Assembly (NCBI GenBank): GCA_016191345.1
Contig: JACPOU010000012.1
Location: forward strand, 2,528 to 66,527
From: Chloroflexota bacterium
GTDB taxonomy: Bacteria; Chloroflexota; Limnocylindria; Limnocylindrales; CSP1-4
Length of the DNA: 64,000 nt
Reading direction: 5' to 3'
Part shown: positions 1 to 9,681 of the stretch, piece by piece
Layout of the letters: each line of letters starts with the position of its first letter
Position numbering within the stretch: the first letter of the stretch is position 1
The notes under the pieces: generated by a model
Told to the model about the DNA's origin: nothing
The model's database searches: none
The model's input: only the letters and a program-made list of their open reading frames with translations
Position numbers and translations under genes: made by a program

Positions 1-718
1 CGTCGAGGCCGGCGAACTGGAGAAAGGCGGTCTCGAGGTTGTCGGTCCCGGCGGTCGCGCGCAGCTCGGCGCCCGTCCCGCGCGCGATGACCCGGCCGGC
101 GCGCACGAAGACGAGCTCGTCGCAGCGATCCGCCTCGTCCATGACGTGGCTCGCCACGAGGATGGTGGCGCCCTCCGCCGCCAGGCGCCGGAAGTGCGTC
201 CAGAACTGGACGCGGAGCGCCGGATCGACGCCGACCGTGGGCTCGTCGAGGAACACGATCGGCGGCCGGTGGACGAGCGTGATCGCGAGCGACAGCCGCC
301 GCCGCATCCCCCCGGAGAGCTCCAGCGCCGGCGCCCCGCGCCGGTCCGTCAGCTCGACGAGGGCAAGCGCCGCATCGAGGTCGGCGCGCGACGGCGACCC
401 CTCGAGGTTGGCGAAGAAGGAGAGGTTCTCCCAGACGGACAGGTCCGGATAGAGGGCCTCGGCCTGGGGCATGTAGCCGATCCGTCCGAGCGTCGGCCGG
501 TCCGGCATGGTCGTGCCGAGGACGCGGACGTGGCCGGCGGTCGGCCGGGCGAGGCCGGCGAGGAGGCGGATGAGCGTCGTCTTGCCTGATCCGTTCGGGC
601 CGAGCAGACCGTAGATCCGGCCGGGCGCGAGCGCGAGGTCAACGCCGTCCACCGCGCGGATCGATCCGAAGACCTTGCGCAGGCCGACGGCCTCCACCGC
701 TGCCTCGAGGCCGTTCAT
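1..718 (-). CDS. ABC transporter ATP-binding protein (runs off the window edge)
   Basis: Manual translation from the ATG at 718 gives MNGLEAAVEAVGLRKVFGSIRAVDGVDL...GPNGSGKTT (Walker A), then LSGGMRRR (signature), FLDEPTVGVD (Walker B) and SHVMDEA. ATGA overlap with the rluB stop. Confidence 0.9.
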   Translation of the reverse strand, partial: MNGLEAAVEAVGLRKVFGSIRAVDGVDLALAPGRIYGLLGPNGSGKTTLIRLLAGLARPTAGHVRVLGTTMPDRPTLGRIGYMPQAEALYPDLSVWENLSFFANLEGSPSRADLDAALALVELTDRRGAPALELSGGMRRRLSLAITLVHRPPIVFLDEPTVGVDPALRVQFWTHFRRLAAEGATILVASHVMDEADRCDELVFVRAGRVIARGTGAELRATAGTDNLETAFLQFAGLD

Positions 719-1806
719 CCGCCGGGAGGATAGTCCTCCCCGCGACGCGCGGTGGGCTTGCGGCGCGGCTCGGCCCACCTGCCGCCGTCGGCGTGTGCCT
801 GGGGCGCCGGGCCCCGCCTGCCGCCGTCGGCGTGTGCCTGCGGCCCCCCGGCGCCCGTTGGGCTCTTGCGCCGCTGCTGCGGCCGGCCCGGTTCCGCCGG
901 CGGCGCGGCGGGCTTCGGCACGCGGCCGCCGGACTTGCCCGGCCCGGACCGTCCGGGGGCCACGGGCTTGCGCGGTCGGGTCGTGCCCGGGTCGACGGTC
1001 CGTGGCCCGCTCGGCGCCCGGCGGACCGGGCCCGGCACGCCCGCCCCAAGGCTCCGGATCTCGGGCGCCCGGAGGAGGCGCGCGCGGCCCGAGGGCAGGT
1101 CGTCGACCCGGAGCGGCCCGATCCGGACCCGGACGAGCCGTTCGATGGGCGCCCCGACTGCCCCGAACATCCGCCGGAGCTGGCGCTTCCAGCCCTGGCC
1201 GAGGATCGCCCGGTACCAGGTGAGCCCGTCGGACGGCTCGGGGTCGAGGAGTGCCACCAGGCGGCGGGTCTCGATCCCCGTCGCGAGCCGGAGCGGCGAC
1301 TCGAGCCTGGCGAGGCCCTCCTCGAGCGGGATGCCGGCCTTGAGCTGTGTCAGCTGCTCGGCGTCGAGCGCGCGGCCGACCCCGATCGCGTACTCGCGCT
1401 GGACGCCGAACCGCGGGTGCAGGACCTTCTCCGACCACTCCCCGTCGTTCGTGAGGATCAGGAGGCCCTCGGAATCCTGGTCCAGCCGGCCGACCGGGTA
1501 GAGCCGCGTCCCGTCCGGGACGAGCGCCGTCGGGACGAGGTCAAGGACGGTCGTGTCGGCGTGCCGGTCGCGGGTCGTGGAGGTGACCCCGGCGGGCTTG
1601 TGGAGGGCCACGTAGGCGCGCGCCGCGCCGACGCCGACGGGCCAGCCGTCCACCTCGATCCGGGCGACCGCGGGATCCACCTTCTGCCCGATCGTGGCCG
1701 CCCGCCCGTCAACCCGGACGCGGCCGGCCGCGATCATCGCCTCGCTCTCGCGGCGCGACGCCACGCCGGCAGCGGCGAGCACCTTCTGGAGCCGTTCCTC
1801 AGGCAT
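715..1806 (-). CDS. rluB: 23S rRNA pseudouridine synthase (RluB/RsuA family) with low-complexity C-terminal tail
   Basis: S4 domain (ERLQKVLAAAGVASRR), HKPAGV and catalytic GRLD; follows scpB as usual. Confidence 0.92.
   Translation of the reverse strand: MPEERLQKVLAAAGVASRRESEAMIAAGRVRVDGRAATIGQKVDPAVARIEVDGWPVGVGAARAYVALHKPAGVTSTTRDRHADTTVLDLVPTALVPDGTRLYPVGRLDQDSEGLLILTNDGEWSEKVLHPRFGVQREYAIGVGRALDAEQLTQLKAGIPLEEGLARLESPLRLATGIETRRLVALLDPEPSDGLTWYRAILGQGWKRQLRRMFGAVGAPIERLVRVRIGPLRVDDLPSGRARLLRAPEIRSLGAGVPGPVRRAPSGPRTVDPGTTRPRKPVAPGRSGPGKSGGRVPKPAAPPAEPGRPQQRRKSPTGAGGPQAHADGGRRGPAPQAHADGGRWAEPRRKPTARRGEDYPPGG
778..840. repeat. 24-bp direct repeat, 2 copies with a 39-bp period, in the rluB tail
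   Basis: cctgccgccgtcggcgtgtgcctg at 778-801 and 817-840; encodes PQAHADGGR twice. Confidence 0.85.
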
Positions 1807-2500
1807 CAGCGCTGCCGTCGAGGTCGAAGAGGCCGCGCACCGGCTGGCCCTCCGCCTCCGGATCCGGCTCCATCCGGGCCATCGCGTCGGGAACCGTCTC
1901 AGCCGCGAGGCGGCCGGCGACCTCCACCTCGAGGGGCGGCAGGTCGTCGACCGACGTCAGCCCGAAACGCTCCAGGAAGTCGAAGCCGGTGCCGTAGAGG
2001 ATCGGCCGGCCCGGCGCGTCGGCGCGACCCAGCTCCACGATCAATCGCCGGTGCAGCAGGCTCCGCAGGCTGTAGTCCGAATCGACGCCCCGGATCCGCT
2101 CCACGGCGGCCTTCGTGACGGGTTGCCGGTAGGCGACGATCGCGAGAGTCTCGAGGACCGCGGTCGAGAGGCGGACCGCGTCCGTGCCCACGTAGCGGGC
2201 GATGAGGGCGCCTGCCTCCGGCGCGGTGACGAGCTCGACCCGGTCCCCGGACAGGACGAGGCGGATCCCGCGGTCGGCAAGGCTGACCTCGAGGTCGCCG
2301 AGGCGCGCATCGACGGTGGCGCGGTCCACGCCCGCGAGCGTCGCGATCTCGCGGCGGGAGAGGGGCCGTTCCGAGACGAACAGGAGCGCCTCCAGGGCGG
2401 CCTCGCTCAGCTCGATGGGCGCGGCCGCGGCCGGCGTCCCTTCGGCCTCGGCCGTCGTCGAGGCATCCGCGGCCACGTCGAGGTTGCGCTCGAGGGTCAT
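1799..2500 (-). CDS. scpB: SMC-Scp complex subunit ScpB
   Basis: LEALLF, LETLAIVAYRQPVT, IRGV and GRPILYGT...FLERFGL motifs. Confidence 0.95.
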   Translation of the reverse strand: MTLERNLDVAADASTTAEAEGTPAAAAPIELSEAALEALLFVSERPLSRREIATLAGVDRATVDARLGDLEVSLADRGIRLVLSGDRVELVTAPEAGALIARYVGTDAVRLSTAVLETLAIVAYRQPVTKAAVERIRGVDSDYSLRSLLHRRLIVELGRADAPGRPILYGTGFDFLERFGLTSVDDLPPLEVEVAGRLAAETVPDAMARMEPDPEAEGQPVRGLFDLDGSADA

Positions 2501-3390
2501 CGGAAGGATCCCAGTGATTCATCGAGCGGCTCGTCGGCGGCGGGGACGGAGAGGCCCGAGGCCGCCCGCTCCGCGACGGTCGTTCGCCGGGCCACGATCG
2601 GCCCGAACGGCTCCGCCTGCTCGACCACGATCTCGCGCCGCTTCGTCAGCTCCAGCATCGCGAGAAAGGTCACCGCGATGACGACACGGTCCCGAACACC
2701 GTCGAGGAGCTCCTGGAGGACGAAGGACGGGGCGTCGCGCAGGGCCTCGCGGATGATCCGGGCCCGCTGCGTGAGCGTCACCGTCCGGGGCACCGTCTCC
2801 GGCGGTGGAGGCGGCGGCGCGATGATCCGGGCGAGCGAGCCAAGCGCGTTCCCGAGGGACGCCGGGTCGAGGGGCGGGAGGTCGGCCGGCCGTGCCTCGG
2901 CGATCCCGGCCGCCTGGGCGGCCGCCGGCTCGCGCCGGAACAGCCCGATCCGCTCGCTGGCCATGGCCTGGAGCGCCGCGCCGGCATCGCGGTACGCCTT
3001 GTAGAGCAGCAGCCGTGCCCGCAGCTCCGCCTCCGGATCGGCCCCCTCGTCGGGGAGCTCGCCGGGCTCGGCGGGCGCTTCCCGGCGCGGCAGGATGGCC
3101 CGGCTCTTGATGAGGATGAGCTGGCTCGCCACGGCCACGAACGCGCTGATATTCCCGATCCGGTCATCGTCGAGGCCGGCGAGCGCATCGAGGTAGGCCT
3201 CGGCGAGCCCGCCCAACGGCACGCTCAGGACGTCCAGCCGGCGCGCCTCGATGAGGGAGAGCAGGAGTCCCAGCGGGCCCTCCCAGAGATCCAGCTGGAC
3301 GTGCGTCGCCTGCTCCGGCTGGCGCCCCGCCCCGAACCGGACGCCCGGGTTCGTGCGGGCGACCGGAACGCCGATCGGCGCCTCGAGCAT
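2497..3390 (-). CDS. scpA: Segregation/condensation protein ScpA
   Basis: WEGPLGLLLSLI, ASQLILIKSRAILP and VTFLAMLEL...QAEPFGPI. Start trimmed to the ATG at 3390 (MLEAPIG). Confidence 0.92.
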   Translation of the reverse strand: MLEAPIGVPVARTNPGVRFGAGRQPEQATHVQLDLWEGPLGLLLSLIEARRLDVLSVPLGGLAEAYLDALAGLDDDRIGNISAFVAVASQLILIKSRAILPRREAPAEPGELPDEGADPEAELRARLLLYKAYRDAGAALQAMASERIGLFRREPAAAQAAGIAEARPADLPPLDPASLGNALGSLARIIAPPPPPPETVPRTVTLTQRARIIREALRDAPSFVLQELLDGVRDRVVIAVTFLAMLELTKRREIVVEQAEPFGPIVARRTTVAERAASGLSVPAADEPLDESLGSFR

Positions 3391-3392
3391 CG

Positions 3393-3896
3393 TCAGTTCG
3401 CCTCGTCCGCGAGCCGCAGGCGCTCGCCGAACTCGGGATCGCGCGGCGCCTCCTGCCAGCGGATGAGCTCCACGGTCCGGGCGGAGCAGCCGGCCGCGGC
3501 AGCCAGGCGAGCGGACAGCTCGGGGTGGTCGCGGAGACGGTCGAGTGGCGCCGCGAGGCCCGGGATGCGGTGGGCGGCCGCGGTGACCCAGCCGCCCCAA
3601 GCCTGGCCCAGGGAATGCAGGACGCGGGGCAGCGGGCCGGTGGCGCCCTTGCCCGCGTCGTGGAGCAGGCCCGCGGCGAGCACGTCGGGCTCGTCGACGC
3701 CCTCCGCTCGGAGCGTCGCGGCGACATCGAGGCCGTGGCGCCGGTCGGCGACGTGCATCGCGTCGAAGAGCTCCAGCTGGGCCGGCGTGAGCCAGCCCTC
3801 GAGCGACGCGCGCTCCGCCGCGCTCACGCGGGCCCGGAGGTGAGAACGGAACTGGCGGAGCTTCCCGGCCCACCAGGACCGCGAACCGGGCCTCAC
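3393..3896 (-). CDS. HD domain-containing protein
   Basis: DRRHGL...GLLHDAGK...HPELSA pattern of HD-superfamily proteins. Confidence 0.75.
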   Translation of the reverse strand: MRPGSRSWWAGKLRQFRSHLRARVSAAERASLEGWLTPAQLELFDAMHVADRRHGLDVAATLRAEGVDEPDVLAAGLLHDAGKGATGPLPRVLHSLGQAWGGWVTAAAHRIPGLAAPLDRLRDHPELSARLAAAAGCSARTVELIRWQEAPRDPEFGERLRLADEAN

Positions 3897-4528
3897 TGCC
3901 CCAGCAGGAAGCGGGTGATCGGGTCCGCCACGACGTCGAAGACGATGTTCAGGGGCGACGGGAGGCCGATGAGCCGCGGCACGAAGATCAGGGCCAGGAG
4001 GATCATCGGCCCGTACTGGTCGAGCGTCGCCCGGAGCCGGAACGAGGTCTGCTGGTCCACGAGCGCGTAGAGGACCTTCGAGCCGTCGAGCGGTGGCAGC
4101 GGGATCAGGTTGAAGACCATGAGCAGGACGTTGATCGAGATGAAGAACTCGAGGATCGTCAGGGCGACGATCGGCACCTCCATGCCGGTCAGGACGATGT
4201 AGCGGTACGGGATCGCGGCCGCGGTCGCGAGGACGAGATTGGAGAACGGGCCCGCGACCGCCACGATCGCCTCGCCGTTCCGCCCGCCCCGCAGGTTGAA
4301 CGGGTTGTACGGCGTCGGCTTGGCCCAGCCGAAGCCGGCGACGAGGATGAGGATCGCGCCGAGCGGGTCCAGGTGGGCGAGCGGATTGAGGGTCAGGCGT
4401 CCGAGGAGCTTCGCGGTCCCGTCCCCGAGCCGGTACGCGGCCAGCGCGTGGCTGAACTCGTGGAACGGCAGCGCCACGAGGAGGACGAGCGCGGCGGCGA
4501 TGATGAACTCGGGGGTCAGGTTGAACAT
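3893..4528 (-). CDS. Site-2 protease (M50 family) membrane metalloprotease
   Basis: HEFSH zinc motif, AGPFSN and NLIPLPPLDG. Probable start at ATG 4528 (MFNLT). Confidence 0.92.
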   Translation of the reverse strand: MFNLTPEFIIAAALVLLVALPFHEFSHALAAYRLGDGTAKLLGRLTLNPLAHLDPLGAILILVAGFGWAKPTPYNPFNLRGGRNGEAIVAVAGPFSNLVLATAAAIPYRYIVLTGMEVPIVALTILEFFISINVLLMVFNLIPLPPLDGSKVLYALVDQQTSFRLRATLDQYGPMILLALIFVPRLIGLPSPLNIVFDVVADPITRFLLGQ

Positions 4529-4586
4529 GCGGGTGGAGACTCCGGTCGGCGGGGGGGGGTCGGCCAATGGTAGCCGCCCGGTCCGG

Positions 4587-5270
4587 CTAGAGCCGCGCGA
4601 GGAGCTCCTGCTTCTTGGCCTCGTACTCCGCCGGGCTGATCGCGCCGCGATCGCGGAGCGTCGCCAGCTCGCCGAGGGAGCGGGTCACCTCGTCCGGCGT
4701 CATCGGCCGGGCCGGCGTCCCGCCGGTGCCCGGCGCGCGGAGCGGGGGCGACGGCATTCGCTGGCCCTCGGACTCGAGGAGGTACTTCTGGTCGAGCATG
4801 ACCTTCTTGAACGTCGCCGCCTGGTTGAGCATCCGGTACCGGTCCACGGCGACGTCCGCCGCGGTCAGGATGTCGAGGTCGCCGTAGCCGAAGATCCGGC
4901 CGAACAGGTTCTGCTCCAGGACCGCGTCGTTGATCTTCTCGAGCGAGCTGTCGGCGGAGCGCTTGTTGATGATCCCCTCGACCTTGAGGACGCGGCGATT
5001 CGTCACGAGGTAGTCCTGCGCGTACCAGCTCCAATAGTGCCGGGCGAGGAGCAAGACGGAGATGACGAGCATGGCCAGGATGACGTAGCCCGCGAGGAGG
5101 TCCGCGGCGCCGTCCAGCTTGAGCTGGAGGCGCAGGACGATCAGGACGACCGCGGCGAGGAAGAGTGCCCAGGGCACCCGGGCGTCCACGATCGTCGCGA
5201 GCCAGTGCTGCCGCGTGCGGAGCGCGATCCGCTCGCCGTCCGAGAGCAGGGTGTCGGCATACCGGGCCAC
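4587..5270 (-). CDS. Membrane protein with bacterial PH domain and C-terminal SHOCT domain
   Basis: Two TM helices, YLVTNRRV...GRIFGYGDLDI (bPH_2), and LATLRDRGAISPAEYEAKKQELL (SHOCT). Confidence 0.85.
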   Translation of the reverse strand: MARYADTLLSDGERIALRTRQHWLATIVDARVPWALFLAAVVLIVLRLQLKLDGAADLLAGYVILAMLVISVLLLARHYWSWYAQDYLVTNRRVLKVEGIINKRSADSSLEKINDAVLEQNLFGRIFGYGDLDILTAADVAVDRYRMLNQAATFKKVMLDQKYLLESEGQRMPSPPLRAPGTGGTPARPMTPDEVTRSLGELATLRDRGAISPAEYEAKKQELLARL

Positions 5271-5285
5271 GGGCTGTGATCCTCC

Positions 5286-6251
5286 TCAGGCTCGCGGATG
5301 GGCTCGGGCGTACACCTCGCGGATCCGCTCGCCGGTCAGGTGCGTGTAAAGCTGGGTCGTGCTGATACTCGCATGCCCGAGCAACTCCTGGACGATGCGC
5401 AGGTCCGCCCCGCCCTCGAGGAGGTGGGTCGCGAACGAGTGACGCAGCGTGTGCGGGCTGACCCGGTCCGCGAGCCCCGCGATCGCGGCCGCGCGCTTCA
5501 CGGCCGCCCAGGCCTGCTGGCGCGCGAGCCGCCGCCCGCGGTCGCCGAGGAAGAGCGGGCCGCCGCGCGGCGGCGCGACGTGGCGGGCAGCCAGGAGCAC
5601 GATGCGCGGGCCGTCGATCCAGCGGCCGAGGGCGGCCAGGGCCTCGTCGCCGACCGGCACCAGCCGTTCCTTGTCGCCCTTGCCGATGACCCGGACGAAG
5701 GCCGATTCGATCGACAGGTCCTCGCGGTCCAGGCCGAGCGCCTCGGAGATCCGGAGTCCCGCCGCGTAGAGGAGCTCGAGGAGGGCACGATCGCGGATCG
5801 TCCGCGCCCACGGATCGCCGGCCTCATCACCGGAGCCGTCGGCGCCCGCTCGGCCGCCGTCCGTGGCGTCGAGGAGCCGCTCGACCTCGTCGACCGTGAG
5901 GGTCTCGGGGAGCAGCCGCGACATCTTCGGCAGGTCGAGGTGGGCGGCGACGTCCACCCTGATCAGCCCCTCGCCGAAGGCGAAGCGGTAGAAGCCGCGG
6001 ATCGCGGCCGTCCGGCGGCGGAGGCTCGTCGGCGCGAGCCCGGGATCCGAGGGCCGGCCGCGACGGGTCCGCGCGGCGAGGTAGCGGACCGCGGCGTCGG
6101 GACCGCGGGCCCAGTCTCGGCCGGTGCCGCGGGCGGCGGCGAAGTCGTCCAGGTCGCCCCGATAGGCCCGGATCGTCGCCGGCGAGAGGCCCTTCTCGAC
6201 CTGTAGGAAGTCCAGGTAGGCGGCGATCGCCGCGTCGACGTCCGTGGCCAC
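5286..6251 (-). CDS. xerD: Tyrosine recombinase, XerD-like
   Basis: EKGLSPATIRAY, RDRALLELLYAAGLRISE, GKGDKERLVP, HTLRHSFATH and LLGHASISTTQLY. Start GTG 6251 inferred; lies downstream of recN. Confidence 0.85.
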   Translation of the reverse strand: MATDVDAAIAAYLDFLQVEKGLSPATIRAYRGDLDDFAAARGTGRDWARGPDAAVRYLAARTRRGRPSDPGLAPTSLRRRTAAIRGFYRFAFGEGLIRVDVAAHLDLPKMSRLLPETLTVDEVERLLDATDGGRAGADGSGDEAGDPWARTIRDRALLELLYAAGLRISEALGLDREDLSIESAFVRVIGKGDKERLVPVGDEALAALGRWIDGPRIVLLAARHVAPPRGGPLFLGDRGRRLARQQAWAAVKRAAAIAGLADRVSPHTLRHSFATHLLEGGADLRIVQELLGHASISTTQLYTHLTGERIREVYARAHPRA

Positions 6252-6264
6252 GGCCGGGCCGGCG

Positions 6265-7965
6265 TCAGCCGGCGAGCACCGGCTTGCCGCGCCACGCCTC
6301 GGCGACGTCGAGGAGCTCCCGGGCGGCAGCCAGCGCCGCGCCGTCGGCGGCGCCGAGCATCGCCCCCAGCTCCACGATCCGGCCCTCCCGGTCGAGGAGA
6401 TCGACCTCCGTGACGGTCCGGCCGTCGCGCTGGCGCTTCGAGATCCGGAAGTGGGCATCGGCATGGGCTGCGACCTGGGGCAGGTGCGTCACGACGAGGA
6501 CCTGGTGCGCCCGGCCGAGCGTCCAGAGGCTTCGCCCCAGCGAATCCCCGAGGCGGCCGCCGATCCCGGCGTCGATCTCGTCGAACACGAGCGTCGGCGT
6601 CTCGTCGGCCTGGGCGAGGACCTGCTTCACGGCCAGCGCGACGCGCGACAGCTCGCCCCCGGAGGCGATCTTCGCCAACGGCCGGGCCGGCTCGCCGGGA
6701 TTCGGCGCGAACCGGAAGACGACATCGTCCGCGCCCGAGGCATCGAACGCCAGCGCGTCGCCGTCGAGCTCAATGGCCGGCTCGTCCTTCGCCGCGATCC
6801 GCCGGCCCACGTCCACTCCGAATGCCCCGGCCGGAAAGCCGAGGCCGCGGAGCACCTCGTCGACGCCGTCCGCTAGGCGGCTCGCGGCGGCTCGCCTGAG
6901 CGTGCCGAGGACCTCGGCCGCGGTCGCGACCTCGACCAGGAGCACCGCCTCGTCGCGCAGCCGCGCCGCCCGCTCCGTCTCGAGGTTCCGCAGGCGGTCC
7001 GCCTCCTCGGCCGCCCGCTCGCCGTGGGCGATGATCGCCGCCTCGTCGTCGCCGTAGCGCCGCTCCAGCGCATAGATGGTCCCGAGCCGTTCCTCGAGCG
7101 CCTCGAGGGCAGAGGTGTCCAGCTCCACGGCGTCGAGGAGCGTCCGGACCTCGCTCGCGATGTCGTCGAGCTCAGCGTCCGCTCCGAGGAGGCGGGCTTC
7201 GACGGCCTCGAAGCGAGGGTCGAGGCGGGCCAGGGCCCGCGCCTCGCGGAGCGCCTCCCCGGCGGCGGCCCGGGCACCCCCATCCCCGTCGAGCGCCTCG
7301 CGGATCGCGGCCCCGCCGCGGGCGATCGTCGCCCCCTGCTTCGCGGCCCCGAGCCGGCCCCGGATCTCGTCCGCTTCCCCGACCCGGAGATGCGCCGCCG
7401 CGATCTCTGCGGCCTCGTGCTCGAGGAGCTCGAGCCGGCGGGCCGCTTCCCGGGGGTCGATCGCCAGCGCCGCCAGGAGCGTCCGGTTCTCGCGCCAGCG
7501 CCCCACCGCGGCCGCGACCGCCGCCCGCGCGTCGCCATGCCCGCCGAAGGCATCGAGCAGGTCCCGCTGCCAGCGGGCGTCGACGAGCCGCGACTGCTCG
7601 TGCTGGCCGTGGAACTCGACGAGCGGCGCGGTCGTCTCCGCGAGTCGCGCGGTCGTGACCGCCGCATCGTCGAGGCGGGCCGTGGAACGCCCGGACGTCG
7701 CGACCTCGCGGACCACGATGAGCGGCTCGGGCAGGCGGTCGAAGAGGGCCTCCACGCGCGCGGCCTCGGCCCCGTGCCGGACGAGCGACGTGTCCGCGCG
7801 CGCGCCGAGCGCGAGCCCCAGTGCGTCGATGAGCAGGCTCTTCCCCGCCCCCGTCTCGCCGGTCAGGACGTTGAGCCCCGGCTGGAGCTCCAGGCGCAGC
7901 CGGTCGATGAGCGCCAGGTCCGTGACCGACAGCTCCAGGAGCCGCCCTGGTCGCGCCTCGCTCAC
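6265..7965 (-). CDS. recN: DNA repair protein RecN
   Basis: LTGETGAGKS, ASGGELSR, FDEIDAGIGG and VTHLPQVAA. Confidence 0.95.
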   Translation of the reverse strand: MSEARPGRLLELSVTDLALIDRLRLELQPGLNVLTGETGAGKSLLIDALGLALGARADTSLVRHGAEAARVEALFDRLPEPLIVVREVATSGRSTARLDDAAVTTARLAETTAPLVEFHGQHEQSRLVDARWQRDLLDAFGGHGDARAAVAAAVGRWRENRTLLAALAIDPREAARRLELLEHEAAEIAAAHLRVGEADEIRGRLGAAKQGATIARGGAAIREALDGDGGARAAAGEALREARALARLDPRFEAVEARLLGADAELDDIASEVRTLLDAVELDTSALEALEERLGTIYALERRYGDDEAAIIAHGERAAEEADRLRNLETERAARLRDEAVLLVEVATAAEVLGTLRRAAASRLADGVDEVLRGLGFPAGAFGVDVGRRIAAKDEPAIELDGDALAFDASGADDVVFRFAPNPGEPARPLAKIASGGELSRVALAVKQVLAQADETPTLVFDEIDAGIGGRLGDSLGRSLWTLGRAHQVLVVTHLPQVAAHADAHFRISKRQRDGRTVTEVDLLDREGRIVELGAMLGAADGAALAAARELLDVAEAWRGKPVLAG

Positions 7966-8828
7966 GACGGCAGGAGCTCCACCTTCTTGCGGACGAGGTC
8001 CCAGAACGGCAGCGAGCCCTCGGGCTGGACGAGGCGGATCGGCCGCTCCAGCGCCCGGACCTCCACGACGTCGCCCACGGCGATCGGCACGTCCTCGCGG
8101 CCGTCGATCGAGACGAGCGCCTCGTGGGCGTCGGCGACCCGGCAGCGGACGACGACCTCGGCGCCGACGACCACGGAGCGGATCGTCGTCAGGTACGCGG
8201 CGATGGGCGTGACGACGAGGTTCCGGGCCGTGGGATCGAGGATCGGGCCGCCGGCCGAGAACGAATAGCCGGTCGACCCCGTCGGCGTGGCGACGACCAG
8301 GCCGTCCGCGACGTACGTGGCGAGGTGGATCCCGTCGATGGAGACGTCGAGGCGGCAGACGCGGGCGAGCGCGCCCCGGGCGACGACGACGTCGTTGAGG
8401 GCGATGTGGGGCTCTGCGTCCCCTGTTGCCCGGTCGTCCACGCGGCCGCCGCGCAGGATCCGGCCCTCGATCGCCATCCGGTGCTCGAGGGTGTATCGCC
8501 CGGCCTGGAGGAGGTCGAGGACGCGATCGAGGTCGCCGGCCTCGACCTTCGAGAGGAAGCCGACCTTGCCGACGTTGATGCCGAGCAGCGGGACGTCCAC
8601 GTCGGCCACCCCGCGTGCGGCGCGGAGGAACGTTCCGTCGCCACCGAGGACGACGAGGAGGTCGGTCGTGGGCAGCTCGCGGTGGAGCGCCTCGCGATCG
8701 GCGGCCGTGGTGGCCCAGTGGTCCAGGCCGCGCATCGCCGCCCAGCCCGAGGCGCGCTCGCGGAGCTCGATCGCGGCGTCGCTCGTGGGGTTGTAGGCGA
8801 ACCCGATCCGTCGGAGCTGGCTGATCAC
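7962..8828 (-). CDS. nadK: NAD(+) kinase
   Basis: GGDGTFL, GKVGFL, ALNDVV and ATPTGSTGYSFSAGGP. Start GTG 8828 inferred. Confidence 0.93.
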   Translation of the reverse strand: MISQLRRIGFAYNPTSDAAIELRERASGWAAMRGLDHWATTAADREALHRELPTTDLLVVLGGDGTFLRAARGVADVDVPLLGINVGKVGFLSKVEAGDLDRVLDLLQAGRYTLEHRMAIEGRILRGGRVDDRATGDAEPHIALNDVVVARGALARVCRLDVSIDGIHLATYVADGLVVATPTGSTGYSFSAGGPILDPTARNLVVTPIAAYLTTIRSVVVGAEVVVRCRVADAHEALVSIDGREDVPIAVGDVVEVRALERPIRLVQPEGSLPFWDLVRKKVELLPS

Positions 8829-8862
8829 CCGGCTATCGTGGCACAGCCGACTTCGCCGCGGC

Positions 8863-9681
8863 TCACCCCGCGATCGTGGCGTCGATGCGGGCGCCGAGGT
8901 CCACGCTCGGCCGCGCGCTGCCCCCACGCCCCTCCCCGACCCGCAGGTGGAGCAGGAACTCGCGATTGCCCTCCGGCCCGAGGATCGGCGAGGCGACGAC
9001 ATCGATCGGGCGCAGCCCGGCGCGCACGGCCGCACTCGCGACCCGCGCGATCGTGGCGCGGTGCACGGCGGGGTCCCGCACGACGCCCCCGGGGACCTGC
9101 CCGCGCCCCGCCTCGAACTGCGGCTTCACGAGGGCGACGATGTCGCCGCCCGCGTCGTCGAACGTGCTCGCCACCGGTCCCAGGATGAGGCCCAGGGAGA
9201 TGAACGAGACGTCGATCGTCGCCAGCGACACCCGCTCCGGCAGCGAGAGCGCGATCAGCGAGCGCGCGTTCGTCCGCTCCATCGAGACGACCCGGGGATC
9301 GCGTCGGAGGGCCTCGGCAAGCTGGCCCCGGCCCACGTCGACGGCATAGACCCGCGCCGCGCCGCGCTGGAGGAGCACGTCCGTGAACCCGCCCGTCGAG
9401 GCGCCCGCATCCAGGCAGGTCCGGCCCGCCGGATCGATCCCGAACGCGTCGAGCGCCGCAACAAGCTTGTGCCCGCCCCGGCTGACGTACGGCTCCGGGG
9501 CGACGACGTCGATCTCGATGCCGATCTCGACGAGGTCGCCGGCCTTGCGGTCCAGGCGCGCCGCGTCCCCGATTCCCGTCCGGACCTTGCCGCCCAGGAT
9601 GAGGGCCTGGGCCCGCGACCTCGACTCGGCGAGGCCCCGGTCCACGACCAGCTGGTCGAGGCGACGGCGCTCGCGATTCAG
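8863..9681 (-). CDS. tlyA: TlyA family rRNA 2'-O-methyltransferase
   Basis: RLDQLVV..GLAESR, YVSRGGHKL, DAGASTGGFTD, DVSFISL, LVKPQFE and GNREFL. Start position approximate. Confidence 0.92.
   Translation of the reverse strand: MNRERRRLDQLVVDRGLAESRSRAQALILGGKVRTGIGDAARLDRKAGDLVEIGIEIDVVAPEPYVSRGGHKLVAALDAFGIDPAGRTCLDAGASTGGFTDVLLQRGAARVYAVDVGRGQLAEALRRDPRVVSMERTNARSLIALSLPERVSLATIDVSFISLGLILGPVASTFDDAGGDIVALVKPQFEAGRGQVPGGVVRDPAVHRATIARVASAAVRAGLRPIDVVASPILGPEGNREFLLHLRVGEGRGGSARPSVDLGARIDATIAG

Noticed and set aside
5286-6251. Tyrosine recombinases (also 49110-50093) as mobile-element or integron integrases
   Set aside because: They have XerC/XerD size and motifs in canonical contexts (recN/scpAB; topA). 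I recognised no att, attC or dif site.
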